Shown here: piece after piece, positions 41,302-51,235 of the stretch
How positions within the stretch are numbered: position 1 is the first letter of the stretch
How the letters are laid out: each line of letters opens with the position of its first letter
Notes under the pieces: generated by a model
What the model saw: only the letters and a program-made list of their open reading frames with translations
Told to the model about the DNA's origin: nothing
Database searches by the model: none
Origin: Chitinophagaceae bacterium
GTDB taxonomy: Bacteria > Bacteroidota > Bacteroidia > Chitinophagales > Chitinophagaceae
Length of the DNA: 64,000 nt
NCBI GenBank assembly: GCA_016720775.1
Contig: JADKJX010000011.1
Location: 8,896-72,895, forward strand
Direction: 5' to 3'
Translations under genes and position numbers: made by a program

Positions 41302-41832
41302 TCATTTCTTCGAACTCATCTCCTTATTAAACTGATCTGAATTTCCCTTTTGAATGGAAAGATTCTGCCAGCCTTCATTCTTTATCATCCGGCCAATGTA
41401 AACGATCTGACCAACATGATATGGGTAATGCGCCAGTTGCCGGTTGATGGCATCCACAACCAGCAAACCTTCGCTGCGGATATAAATGGTTTTTAAAAGA
41501 TCCTCTTCTTTTAAAGAAGAAATGGCATCCAGGCAGCAGGCCCATCCTTTTTCCCATAATGCGATCAACTGCTCTTTATTCATGTGTTGCTCTTCAAACT
41601 CAATATCCCGGTTGCGCCATTCCTTTTCGCCGTCGCTGGTTAAAAAATCGGTCCAGCGGCTGAGCATATTACCCGCCATGTGCTGGATGGTGATGGCAAT
41701 GCTGTTGCTTGCTTCATTCGGTTGGTAATGAAGATCGGCATCGGTTAACTGCGAAAAAGTTTTATCTCCAAGTTCTTTGTAATAGTTTAAACGCTTAACT
41801 GCACTTTGTAAAAATTCCTTACTTAAATTCAT
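41302..41832 (-). CDS. DUF1572 family (DinB-like) protein
   Basis: SNSIA..I.HMAGNMLSRWTDFLT.DGEK.WRNRD.EFE; HY.YHVGQIV. Confidence 0.88.
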   Translation of the reverse strand: MNLSKEFLQSAVKRLNYYKELGDKTFSQLTDADLHYQPNEASNSIAITIQHMAGNMLSRWTDFLTSDGEKEWRNRDIEFEEQHMNKEQLIALWEKGWACCLDAISSLKEEDLLKTIYIRSEGLLVVDAINRQLAHYPYHVGQIVYIGRMIKNEGWQNLSIQKGNSDQFNKEMSSKK

Positions 41833-41863
41833 TTAATTTCTTTTTTATAATATTTTAATATTC

Positions 41864-41884
41864 CCCTTTAGGGGATAGGGGCAT
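41864..41884 (+). repeat. CCCTTTAGGGGAYAGGGGCAT dispersed element, copy 2, overlapping the ggt stop
   Basis: ccctttaggggataggggcat, 20/21 identical to 22165-22185. Confidence 0.6.
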
Positions 41885-43598
41885 ATCCCCTTGCATCATC
41901 GTCACCTCGTTTGTCTCCAACTGCAATAATTTTCTTACCCGATATTTGAATCACTTCAGTTCTTCCGATCGCTTCCCTCACTTTTATATTATATCCCATT
42001 GCTTCCAGTTGTTTCTTTACATCCGCCGGGAAATCTTTTTCAATATCAAGCCTGTCTGGCGACCACTGGTGATGAAATTTTGGTTTGTTCACCGCATCCA
42101 CGGCGCTCATATTGAATTCAAGAATATTTACCAATGTTTGAAATACACTGGTGGGAATAGTGGTGCCGCCGGGGGTACCAACAACGAGATAAGGTTTCCC
42201 TTTTTTCAAAACAATGGTTGGTGTCATGCTGCTCAGCATTCGCTTTGCAGGTGCAATGGCGTTCTTATCATTACCCAAAGCGCCATACATATTCGGCACG
42301 CCGGGCTTTGCGCTGAAGTCATCCATCTCGTTGTTCAAAATAAAACCTGCGCCTGCAACAACGGTATGACTTCCATAGCTGTCGTTTAACGTAGTGGTTA
42401 TCGCAACGGCATTGCCTTCATTATCTATTACGCTAAAATGTGTGGTCTCTTCACTTTCTTTGATAGCACCGGCTACCGTTATTTTACTGTTGCCTGCTTT
42501 ACCGGGTTCGTAATCTTTCATTCGTTCTTTTAAATAAGATTCACTCACCAGTGTTTTTAAGGGAACCTTTACAAAATCAGGATCGCCTAAAAACTCAGCC
42601 CGGTCGGCATAAGCCCTTCGTTCCACTTCAGTCATCAATTGTACCGATCTTGCTGTTTGAAATTTCATAGCTGCAATATTCCTGCCTTCGATCATCTTAA
42701 GCATCTGCTGCAATATTACCCCGCCGCTGCTGGGCAAAGGCATTGAAATTACCTGGTAGCCTTTGTAACTAAAATCACAGGCAGGCCTTTCCTTTGCTTC
42801 ATAATTTTTCAGGTCATCCAGGCTGATGATGCCGTTTCCTTTCTGCATTTCGGCAACAATAAAAGCGGCTGTCTCTCCTTCATAAAAACCTTTTTGTCCA
42901 AAATCCCTTATTCGCTTTAATGTATTGGCAAGTTCTTTCTGTATTAAAATATCACCCACCTTCCATTCGGTTTCTTTCACAAATGCAACCGGGGTTTTAT
43001 TTTGTTCCAGGAATTCTTTTTTGTTGCTGTTGAATGATGAAGCCTGTGCAGCGGTGATGGCAAAACCATTTTCTGCCAGGTCGATCGCCGGCTGGATCAA
43101 TTTTGAAAAAGGAAGTTTTGCATATTTCACCTGGCTGAATATGCCGGCCACCGTACCCGGCACGCCGGATGCAAGATGCCCATACTGGGATAAATTCGTC
43201 TGTACATTGCCATCCTTATCCAGGTACATATCCCTGCTTGCTTTTGCCGGGGCTTTTTCACGGTAATCAATACAGATGTTCCTGCCGTCTTTTAAATGGG
43301 CAACCATAAATCCTCCGCCACCAATATTTCCTGCCCCCGGGTAAACCACGGCAAGAGCCAGTTGTGTGGCGATGGCAGCATCCACCGCATTTCCTCCTTG
43401 TTTTAAAATATCGAGGCCAACCATGCTTGCCAGCGGATGGGCAGATACCACAGCACCCCTGGTGCAGGTAATGTTCTTCTGAATTAAATAGCCAACGCCT
43501 TTTGTCTTTTGTTGCTGGGAAAATGAACCGGGTGCAAACGCAAGCGTAAGTGCAGCGGCAAAAAGGAACCTCTTTAAATACATAAAAGAATATTTCAC
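41868..43598 (-). CDS. ggt: Gamma-glutamyltranspeptidase
   Basis: GGNAVDAA.A....LAVVYP.AGNIGGGGF; autocleavage site E.TTHFS..D..GNAV..T.T.N; NEMDDF; PAKR.LSSM.P; G.PGG..I. Confidence 0.95.
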   Translation of the reverse strand: MKYSFMYLKRFLFAAALTLAFAPGSFSQQQKTKGVGYLIQKNITCTRGAVVSAHPLASMVGLDILKQGGNAVDAAIATQLALAVVYPGAGNIGGGGFMVAHLKDGRNICIDYREKAPAKASRDMYLDKDGNVQTNLSQYGHLASGVPGTVAGIFSQVKYAKLPFSKLIQPAIDLAENGFAITAAQASSFNSNKKEFLEQNKTPVAFVKETEWKVGDILIQKELANTLKRIRDFGQKGFYEGETAAFIVAEMQKGNGIISLDDLKNYEAKERPACDFSYKGYQVISMPLPSSGGVILQQMLKMIEGRNIAAMKFQTARSVQLMTEVERRAYADRAEFLGDPDFVKVPLKTLVSESYLKERMKDYEPGKAGNSKITVAGAIKESEETTHFSVIDNEGNAVAITTTLNDSYGSHTVVAGAGFILNNEMDDFSAKPGVPNMYGALGNDKNAIAPAKRMLSSMTPTIVLKKGKPYLVVGTPGGTTIPTSVFQTLVNILEFNMSAVDAVNKPKFHHQWSPDRLDIEKDFPADVKKQLEAMGYNIKVREAIGRTEVIQISGKKIIAVGDKRGDDDARGYAPIP

Positions 43599-43727
43599 CG
43601 AAATTACTTTATTGCCGTGATATTTAACAGTACGGATGGTAGATGGAAGTCACCTGCTTTCTTTATTTTCACGTAATATTTAAAAGGAAGGGCCAATAGC
43701 CCTTCTTCCCATTACTAAACAAAAACG

Positions 43728-46236
43728 ATGAGAGTTAAATCCCTTTTTGCAGGCTTGCTTTTGCTGGGTATGTCTGCCGCGGCACAATTAAGAACACCAG
43801 ATGAATTTTTAGGTTATCCCCTCGGAAGCAAATTCACTCCCCATTACAAGATCGTAAACTATTTCAATCAAACGGCTGCAGCTATGCCGCAGATGATGAA
43901 ACTGGAAAAGTACGGCGAGACCAATGAAGGCAGGGAATTGTTGCTTGCATTTGTTTCCTCTGCAGAAAATATGGCGAGGCTGGAAGATATCCGGAAAAAT
44001 AACCTGCGGCTCACCGGCATATTAAAAGATAAGCCTGCTGATCCGTCTGCACCCGTGATCGTGTGGCTGAGTTATAATGTACATGGCAACGAAGCAAGTT
44101 CTTCGGAAGTTTCGATGAAGACCTTGTATGAATTACTAAATCCTGCCAACGCACAAACCAAAGAGTGGCTGAAGAACACGGTAGTGATCATTGACCCCTG
44201 TTTGAATCCCGATGGCAGGGACCGTTATGTGAATTGGTTCAATCAAATGGTTGGAAAGAATGCGAATGCTGATGTTGCAAGCCGGGAACACCGGGAACCA
44301 TGGCCGGGCGGCCGGGTGAACCATTACAATTTTGACCTGAACCGTGACTGGGCCTGGCAAACACAGGTGGCAACACAGGGCCGGGTAAAAAAATACAATG
44401 AGTGGATGCCGCAGATTCATTGCGATTACCACGAACAGTACATTAATAACCAGTCGTAGTTTGCGCCTGCTGCCGAACCTTTTCATGAAGTGATCACCCC
44501 CTGGCAACGGGAGTTCCAGGTAACCATTGGTAAAAACCATGCAAGGTATTTTGACGCCAATGGCTGGTTGTATTTTACCAAAGAGGTATTCGACCTGTTC
44601 TATCCATCGTATGGAGATACATACCCGACTTATAATGGCGCCATCGGCATGACCTATGAGCAGGCGGGCCATAGCATGGGTGGTTTGGCGGTGGTTACAA
44701 ATGATGGCGATACACTTTCTTTGAAAGACAGGATCGCTCATCATTTTACCACCAGCATGAGTACGGTAGAGATCGCTTCAAAGAATGCTGCAAAACTGAT
44801 CGGCGAATTCAAAAAATATTTTGATGATGCGAATGCCAATGGGATCGGCGAATACAAAACTTATGTGATAACAGAAAATAATGAAGGTAAGCGAAAAGCA
44901 TTGCAGAGTTTTTTTTGAACGGAATGGAATTGTGTACGGTTCAGCAAACATCTCTTCGGCGAAAGGATATAATTACTTTACCGGTAAAGAGGAAGGCTTT
45001 GCTGCGGTTGGAAGTATGGCGGTAAGCGCTTACCAGCCCAAATCTTCACTGGTGAAAGTGTTGTTTGAGCCCAAATCAAAATTAAGTGACTCGGTCACCT
45101 ACGACATAACCGCCTGGAGCCTGCCGTATGTATATGGTGTACAAGCCTATGCCGTTAAGGAAAGACTGGTAATGGGTTCATACAGCAGCCAGAAAATAAA
45201 TGGAAATATTACTGTAGCTGATTATGGTTACCTCGTTAATTACAATTCATTTGCCGATGCAAAATTCCTGGCTGCATTGCTCAATGCAAAAATAAAAGTG
45301 CGTTTCGCTGAAAAAGAATTCGGCTTCAATGGCCGGACGTTTGCAAAAGGGACCCTGATCATTTTGAAAAAAGGAAATGAAGATAAGTTGCAGCAGTTTG
45401 CCGGTATGGCGGCATCTTATAATGCTGCTGTAACAGAAGTAGGCGGAGGTTTTATGGATACCGGTTTTGATTTTGGCAGCGATAAGGTGCACCTCATTAA
45501 AAAACCAAATGTAGTACTGCTCACCGGCAAGGGAGTAAATGGCAATGCCGCCGGGGAAGTATGGCATTTGTTCGAGCAGCAGCTGGATTATCCGATTACC
45601 TTAATGAATGCAGAAGACATTGATGCCGGTGACCTGAAGAACACCGATGTGCTGATACTGCCGGATGGTAATTATAAATTCTTACAGAATAAAGAGGCCG
45701 CTGCAGAAATTAAAGCATGGGTGCAGCAGGGAGGAAAGATCATTGCGTTTGACAATGCGGCCGCACAGATAGCCAGGGCCGATTGGGGCATCAAATCAAA
45801 AAAGGAAGACGAGGATAAGAAGAAGGATGATAAAAAAGACGACAAAGATCCGTATGCAGACCTGAAACGTTATGAGAACAGGGAGCGGGATGGCATTGTA
45901 AATAACATACCCGGCGCCATTTACAAAGTGGAACTGGATAATAGTCACCCGCTTGCTTTTGGCTACGGCAATAATTATTATACGCTGAAACTGGGTGATG
46001 AAATGTATGAGTTCATGAAAAGCGGATGGAATGTAGGCGTTATCAAAAAAGAGAACCAGGCGGCAGGCTTTGTAGGTAATAAGTTACAGGAAAAAATAAA
46101 AGACGGTACGGTGATCGGGGTGCAGCCATTGGGTAATGGCTCTATCGTGTTCTTTGCTGATGATCCCATTTTTAGAAATTTCTGGGAGAACGGGAAGATG
46201 CTGGTAGCAAATGCGGTTTTCCTCGTTGGGAATTAA
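43728..46236 (+). pseudogene. M14 family zinc carboxypeptidase with C-terminal GATase-like domain, interrupted by an in-frame TAG (44457) and +1 T (T8 run, ~44915)
   Basis: VHGNE..S.E; DP..NPDGR; R.NHY.FDLNRD; DYHE. The frame continues past TAG as FAPAAEPFHEVITPWQ. Confidence 0.85.
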
Positions 46237-46247
46237 AATGTTTTATG

Positions 46248-46941
46248 TTGCTTCGCAAAATAAACGTTGCCACAGAGGCACAGAAACACAGAAAATTCGG
46301 AGCAATGAGTGAATTTGAACAAATTGATCATCCTCTCAAGGAGGAAACGGAGATGATAATCGGGCTCGCCATTGAAGTTCATAAAATTTTGGGACCGGGA
46401 TTTTCAGAGATTGTTTATAAAGATGCCCTGGAATATGAATTCAATAAGAATGACCACCTGTTTGTGAGAGAAAAAGAATATAAAGTGCTTTATAAAGCGA
46501 TTATTCTAAAACATAAATTCTATGCTGATTTTGTGGTCTTCGATAAGGTAATTGTTGAGATAAAAGCTAAGCAGGCTGGTATTGCTGCAGAAGATATGGC
46601 ACAAACAATAAATTACCTGAAAGTATCTGGGTGCAAGGTTGGACTTATTTTAAATTTTGCAGCTGCAAAACTTCAGATTAAAAGAGTTATATTATAGATG
46701 ATGCCACAGAGGCACAGAAACACAGAAATAAAACAAATATGCAACTAAAAAATTACCAACTTCTTAAAACAAGTGCCTCTAATTTCTCCACTTCTGTGCT
46801 TCCGTGCTTCCGTGGCAAGCTCAATTTGCGTAAGCAAATCAATTATTCGTTTTTGAACTTTTATAGCAACTTAAGTTTACGCAATCAAATTACTTCTGTG
46901 CTTCTGTGCTTCCGTGGCAAACTTAATTTGCGCAAGCAAAT
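46248..46941. mobile_element. Putative repeat-bounded cassette carrying the GxxExxY gene (8-nt arrays, ~46-bp terminal inverted repeats)
   Basis: 27-bp exact direct repeat tgccacagaggcacagaaacacagaaa at 46268-46294 and 46702-46728. Two inverted copies, cttctgtgctt(c/t)(c/t)gtgcttccgtggcaa...aatttgcg.aagcaaat, at 46791-46839 and 46893-46941. Confidence 0.55.
46305..46697 (+). CDS. GxxExxY protein (PD-(D/E)XK nuclease-like)
   Basis: IIG.A.EVH..LGPGFSEIVY..AL..E; ADFVV.DKVIVEIKA; Q..NYLK.SG..VGL..NF. Likely start MSEFE at 46305; the longer ORF start reads through the repeat. Confidence 0.92.
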   Translation: MSEFEQIDHPLKEETEMIIGLAIEVHKILGPGFSEIVYKDALEYEFNKNDHLFVREKEYKVLYKAIILKHKFYADFVVFDKVIVEIKAKQAGIAAEDMAQTINYLKVSGCKVGLILNFAAAKLQIKRVIL

Positions 46942-49417
46942 TCTGCTCTTTTTATTTGCTACCATGTTTTGCGGAGTAAGCGCTCAGGTGCCTAAATCAT
47001 ATACTTCTGCCGAATTGCTGCTTCAGCTAAAAAAACTCAACGTACTTGGTTCCGTATTATACATTGCTGCTCACCCTGATGATGAGAATACAAGATTACT
47101 TGCCTATCTCGCCAATGAAAAATTATACCGTACCGGTTACCTGAGTTTAACAAGAGGCGATGGCGGACAGAATCTGATCGGTGATGAGCAAGGTGTTGAC
47201 CTTGGCCTAATACGTACACAGGAATTACTTTCTGCAAGACGTATCGATGGCGCCGAACAATTCTTTAGCCGTGCATTTGATTTTGGTTTCAGCAAAAGCC
47301 CCGAAGAAGCGATGCGTTTTTGGGGACACGATAAAATATTAAGTGATGTAGTTTGGGTAATACGTAAGTTCAAACCCGATGTGATCATCACCCGCTTTCC
47401 CACAACCGGCGAAGGAGGGCATGGGCATCATACCGCTTCCGCCATGCTGGCCGGCGAAGCATTTGATGCAGCGGCAGATCCCACAAAATTTCCTGAGCAA
47501 TTGACGCAGGGTGTTACCGTTTGGCAGGCAAAGCGTTTGCTTTGGAACACATTCAATTTTGGCGGAACAAATACACAACGGGATGACCAGTTTAAAATGG
47601 AATGCGGCGACTACAATCCCATTCTTGGAAAAAGTTATGGTGAGATCGCTGCTGCCAGCAGAAGCCAGCACAAGAGCCAGGGCTTTGGCGTGCCGGCGCA
47701 AAGGGGCAGTGTGATCGAATATTTTAAAACGATCAAAGGTTCGGCGCCGGTGAATGACCTGATGGATGATGTGGACCTGGGCTGGAACCGGATCAATGCA
47801 TCAAGCCTGACCAATGAAGTAAAGAAGATCATTGAAAAATTTGAAGTAGAGCATCCGGAAAGATCGCTCCTGGCATTGACGAAGCTTTATAAAAATGTGG
47901 GAGAAGTAAAAGATGAGTACTGGAAAAATCTCAAACTGAATGCGGTGAACGACCTGATTGAAAACTGCAGCGGCCTGTTCATGGATGCAACCAGCAATAC
48001 CCAGTTTGCCGTGCAGGGTGATAGTTTGAAAATTAACCTCGTCGTGAATAACCGGTCGGGAGCTAACATCCTGAGTGCCGATGCATTCCTGAATGACGAC
48101 TATGTGATCTTCGACCAGTTAAAGAAGAATGTGAATTCGGTACAGAACTACAGCATCTACATCAGACCAAATGCAAAGATCACCCAGCCTTATTGGCTGG
48201 AGAATGCAATGGATAAAGGAAGCTTTAATGTAACCGATCAGCAACAGATCGGGAAAGCAGAAAGTGACCCTATGAGTGTTGTGTTCAGCATGCTGGTGGA
48301 AGGCACAGAGTTTAAATTCCGTAAGCCGGTACGCTATAAACATACCGACCCGGTGAAAGGAGAATTGTATCAACCTGTTTCCATCATCCCAAAACTGGAA
48401 CTGAATTATGCCGGTGATGTTTTCCTGGCAGTAAATAGTAAACCGGTTGATATACGCACACATATAAAGGCGAACCTGAATCTTCCCGAAGTTGCTGCCT
48501 ATACGGTTACCAAGCAAACTTCTTCAAAGATCACGAACTCAAATAATCCCTATGTATTTAAGAACGGGGGAATGAATAAAGAGAATTATGAATCCTCCAC
48601 TTTTGGTTTTAATGCGGTTGATTCGGATTATACCGAACAGATCAGGCTGCAGGCGGGGGACGGCAATAATCTTTTTCATCAATATAAAAGAACCATCGAG
48701 TACGATCACATTCCTTCCATCGTTTATTTTCATGATGCTACGGCTAAACTTTCTAGGGTTGATCTGAAGACAGAAGGGAATTTTGTAGGATATATTCCCG
48801 GGGCAGGCGATAAAGTGCCGGATGCTTTGATCCAGATGGGATATAAGGTAGTAACGCTGAAAGAAAGCGACATCACTGCAGCTAACCTGCGGCAGTTTGA
48901 TGCCATCGTTACCGGCGTACGTGCATACAACACCAATGAATGGATGAATAATGTGTACGATGAGCTGATGCAGTATGTGAAAGATGGGGGTGTGCTGCTG
49001 GTTCAATACAATACGAGTAACCAGATCGGCCCGGTGAAGGCAAAAATATCGCCCTATCCATTTACCATCAGCCGCAACCGGATAACGGACGAAGAAGCAA
49101 AAGTGAATTTCCTTTTGCCCGATCACCCGGCCCTGAATTACCCGAATAAGATAACGCAAAAAGATTTTGAAGGCTGGATACAGGAGCGGAGCATTTATCA
49201 TGCAGAGAATACCGACACGGCCTATAAAAAAATATTCAGCATGAAAGATCCCGGCGAGAATGAACAGGACGGCAGCCTCATCATTGCCAATTACGGCAAG
49301 GGAAGATTTGTGTATACCGGGTTGGTTTTCTTCCGGGAGTTACCGGCCGGTGTGCCGGGAGCGTATCGCTTGTTTGCGAATTTAATTGCTAATAACAGGA
49401 GTAAGTATATAAAATAG
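46928..49417 (+). CDS. PIG-L/LmbE family de-N-acetylase with C-terminal extension
   Basis: VLYIAAHPDDEN; LTRGDGGQN; R..ELL.AR; GHGHH. The ORF track start at 46739 is repeat-derived; TTG 46928 gives the signal peptide MRKQILLFLFATMFCGVSAQ. Confidence 0.88.
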   Translation: MRKQILLFLFATMFCGVSAQVPKSYTSAELLLQLKKLNVLGSVLYIAAHPDDENTRLLAYLANEKLYRTGYLSLTRGDGGQNLIGDEQGVDLGLIRTQELLSARRIDGAEQFFSRAFDFGFSKSPEEAMRFWGHDKILSDVVWVIRKFKPDVIITRFPTTGEGGHGHHTASAMLAGEAFDAAADPTKFPEQLTQGVTVWQAKRLLWNTFNFGGTNTQRDDQFKMECGDYNPILGKSYGEIAAASRSQHKSQGFGVPAQRGSVIEYFKTIKGSAPVNDLMDDVDLGWNRINASSLTNEVKKIIEKFEVEHPERSLLALTKLYKNVGEVKDEYWKNLKLNAVNDLIENCSGLFMDATSNTQFAVQGDSLKINLVVNNRSGANILSADAFLNDDYVIFDQLKKNVNSVQNYSIYIRPNAKITQPYWLENAMDKGSFNVTDQQQIGKAESDPMSVVFSMLVEGTEFKFRKPVRYKHTDPVKGELYQPVSIIPKLELNYAGDVFLAVNSKPVDIRTHIKANLNLPEVAAYTVTKQTSSKITNSNNPYVFKNGGMNKENYESSTFGFNAVDSDYTEQIRLQAGDGNNLFHQYKRTIEYDHIPSIVYFHDATAKLSRVDLKTEGNFVGYIPGAGDKVPDALIQMGYKVVTLKESDITAANLRQFDAIVTGVRAYNTNEWMNNVYDELMQYVKDGGVLLVQYNTSNQIGPVKAKISPYPFTISRNRITDEEAKVNFLLPDHPALNYPNKITQKDFEGWIQERSIYHAENTDTAYKKIFSMKDPGENEQDGSLIIANYGKGRFVYTGLVFFRELPAGVPGAYRLFANLIANNRSKYIK

Positions 49418-49420
49418 ACT

Positions 49421-49486
49421 GTCATTCTAAGCAATAGCGAAGAATCCCTGTAAAAATAAAGGAGATGCTTCGTTCCTCAGCATGAC
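49421..49486. repeat. REP-like palindromic element (GTCATTCT...AGCATGAC type)
   Basis: gtcattctaagcaatagcgaagaatc ... gatgcttcgttcctcagcatgac. Confidence 0.55.
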
Positions 49487-49501
49487 TGTCTTGGTAAGCA
49501 T

Positions 49502-49606
49502 ATGCAAAACGAAAGATCATATTGGAACAGATGGTACATCATTGTACTGGTGGTTCTTGTTATTGAGATCATTATCTTCTATTTGATAACTAAGTCATTC
49601 TCATGA
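49502..49606 (+). CDS. 34-aa single-TM small protein coupled to the symporter
   Basis: MQNERSYWNRWYIIVLVVLVIEIIIFYLITKSFS*; its TGA overlaps the symporter ATG (ATGA). Below the ORF-track length cutoff. Confidence 0.65.
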   Translation: MQNERSYWNRWYIIVLVVLVIEIIIFYLITKSFS

Positions 49607-51228
49607 GCGGCATCGACTGGTCCATATTGATCGTTACGCTTACCGGCATCATCCTGTACGGCATTTATAAAAGCCGCACCACCAAAAACCTGGAAGGATA
49701 TTTTTTAAGCAACCGTTCGCTGCCCTGGTACCTGGTGTTGCTAAGCATCATGGGCACGCAGGCAAGTGCCATTACGTTTTTAACCGGCCCCGGACAGGCT
49801 TACAGCGATGGGATGCGTTTTGTGCAATACTACTTTGGATTGCCATTGGCGATGATCGTCATCAGCATTTTTTTTGTGCCCGTCTTCAGCAAATTAAAAG
49901 TGTATACGGCGTATGAATTTTTAGAGAACCGTTTTGATGTAAAGACAAGAACACTTACTTCTTTTTTATTTTTAGTTTCCCGTGGCCTCAGCACCGGCAT
50001 CAGCATTTTTGCGCCGTCTATTGTACTGAGTTCATTGATGGGCTGGAATATTTATTACACAAACCTGGTAATGGGCGGACTGCTCATCATCTATACTATG
50101 AGTGGCGGTGCAAAAGCAGTGGCACATACACAAAAGCTGCAGATGATCATTGTACTGGTTGCTTTGTTTTTGGTTGGATACCTGGCTGTAAAACTCTTGC
50201 CTGAGACGATCGGGTTTGTGGGAGCGCTTAATAAAAGCGGCGAGATGGGAAAGATGAATATCATTACCACCGGTTTCACAGATAAAGGTTTTGATTGGAA
50301 AGACAAATACAATATCTGGAGCGGCCTCATCGGCGGATTTTTTCTGGCGCTCAGTTATTTTGGTACCGATCACAGCCAGGTGGGGCGATACCTCACTGCA
50401 AAAAATGTAAAGGAAAGCCGGAAAGGTTTGCTCATCAATGGCCTGGTAAAAGTGCCCATGCAATTTTTTATTCTGCTCATCGGGATTCTCATCTTTTCAT
50501 TTTATCAATATAATAAGGGGCCTGTTTATTTTGACGAGGTAAGCCTTACCCAGGCAAAACAAACCATAAAGAAAGATTCGTTGAATATGCTTGAGGCACA
50601 ATACGCCACTGCATTTTCTGCAGGCAATATGAAAGAAGCCAATGGGGTACGGAAAACTTTCAAGGCGGTAATGGAAAGAGCCTTGCCGGACCAGAAACCA
50701 AACGACACCAATTATATCTTCCTTTGGTTTGTGAAAGAGAATTTACCGGTCGGGTTGATCGGGTTGATCTTTGCCATTATCTTTTTAGCGGCATGGGGGA
50801 GTATTGCAGCAGCGCTCAATTCACTGGCCGCCTGTTCGGTGATCGACTTTCATAAAAAATTCTTTGTAAAGAAGGAGACAGAACTGGAAGACTATAAAGT
50901 ATCGCAATGGTACACCCTGGGCTGGGGGGTATTCTGTATCATCATTTCCATGTTTGCCTATAATATCGGCAACAGCCTTATTGAAGCAGTGAACATACTG
51001 GGCTCATTATTTTACGGCGTGATACTCGGCATCTTCCTCGTTGCCTTTGGCATGAAGTTCATAAAAGGCCATGCAGTATTTTATGCCGCCGTGATCTCAG
51101 AATTATTGATCATTCTTATTTTTAAAATGGATATTATTTCCTTTCTCTGGCTGAATGTAATTGGCGCCGTACTGGTGATCGTGCTGGCGGCGATGCTGCA
51201 ACTTTTCATAAGACAAAAAGCGATATAA
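49603..51228 (+). CDS. Sodium:solute symporter family protein
   Basis: YFL..RSLPW.....SI..TQ.SA.TF; YE.LE.RF; GG.KAV..T...Q; GTD.SQV.RYL; LP.GL.GL......A..GS....LNS. Confidence 0.92.
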   Translation: MSGIDWSILIVTLTGIILYGIYKSRTTKNLEGYFLSNRSLPWYLVLLSIMGTQASAITFLTGPGQAYSDGMRFVQYYFGLPLAMIVISIFFVPVFSKLKVYTAYEFLENRFDVKTRTLTSFLFLVSRGLSTGISIFAPSIVLSSLMGWNIYYTNLVMGGLLIIYTMSGGAKAVAHTQKLQMIIVLVALFLVGYLAVKLLPETIGFVGALNKSGEMGKMNIITTGFTDKGFDWKDKYNIWSGLIGGFFLALSYFGTDHSQVGRYLTAKNVKESRKGLLINGLVKVPMQFFILLIGILIFSFYQYNKGPVYFDEVSLTQAKQTIKKDSLNMLEAQYATAFSAGNMKEANGVRKTFKAVMERALPDQKPNDTNYIFLWFVKENLPVGLIGLIFAIIFLAAWGSIAAALNSLAACSVIDFHKKFFVKKETELEDYKVSQWYTLGWGVFCIIISMFAYNIGNSLIEAVNILGSLFYGVILGIFLVAFGMKFIKGHAVFYAAVISELLIILIFKMDIISFLWLNVIGAVLVIVLAAMLQLFIRQKAI

Positions 51229-51235
51229 TAAAAAG

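Noticed and set aside
44457-44459. Amber recoding (alternative genetic code or pyrrolysine)
   Set aside because: TAG is the normal stop of full-length genes here (GxxExxY 46695, PIG-L 49415, carboxylate-amine ligase 28154); this is a single isolated case.
46739-46927. Repetitive N-terminal extension of the PIG-L ORF (TSVLPCFRGKLNLRKQI x2)
   Set aside because: It is read-through of the DNA repeat arms; a proper signal peptide begins at TTG 46928.
46791-46941. Two 49-bp direct repeats with a 53-nt spacer, resembling a mini CRISPR array
   Set aside because: Only two copies, built from internal octamer units, inverted relative to repeats flanking the GxxExxY gene, and no cas genes in the window.
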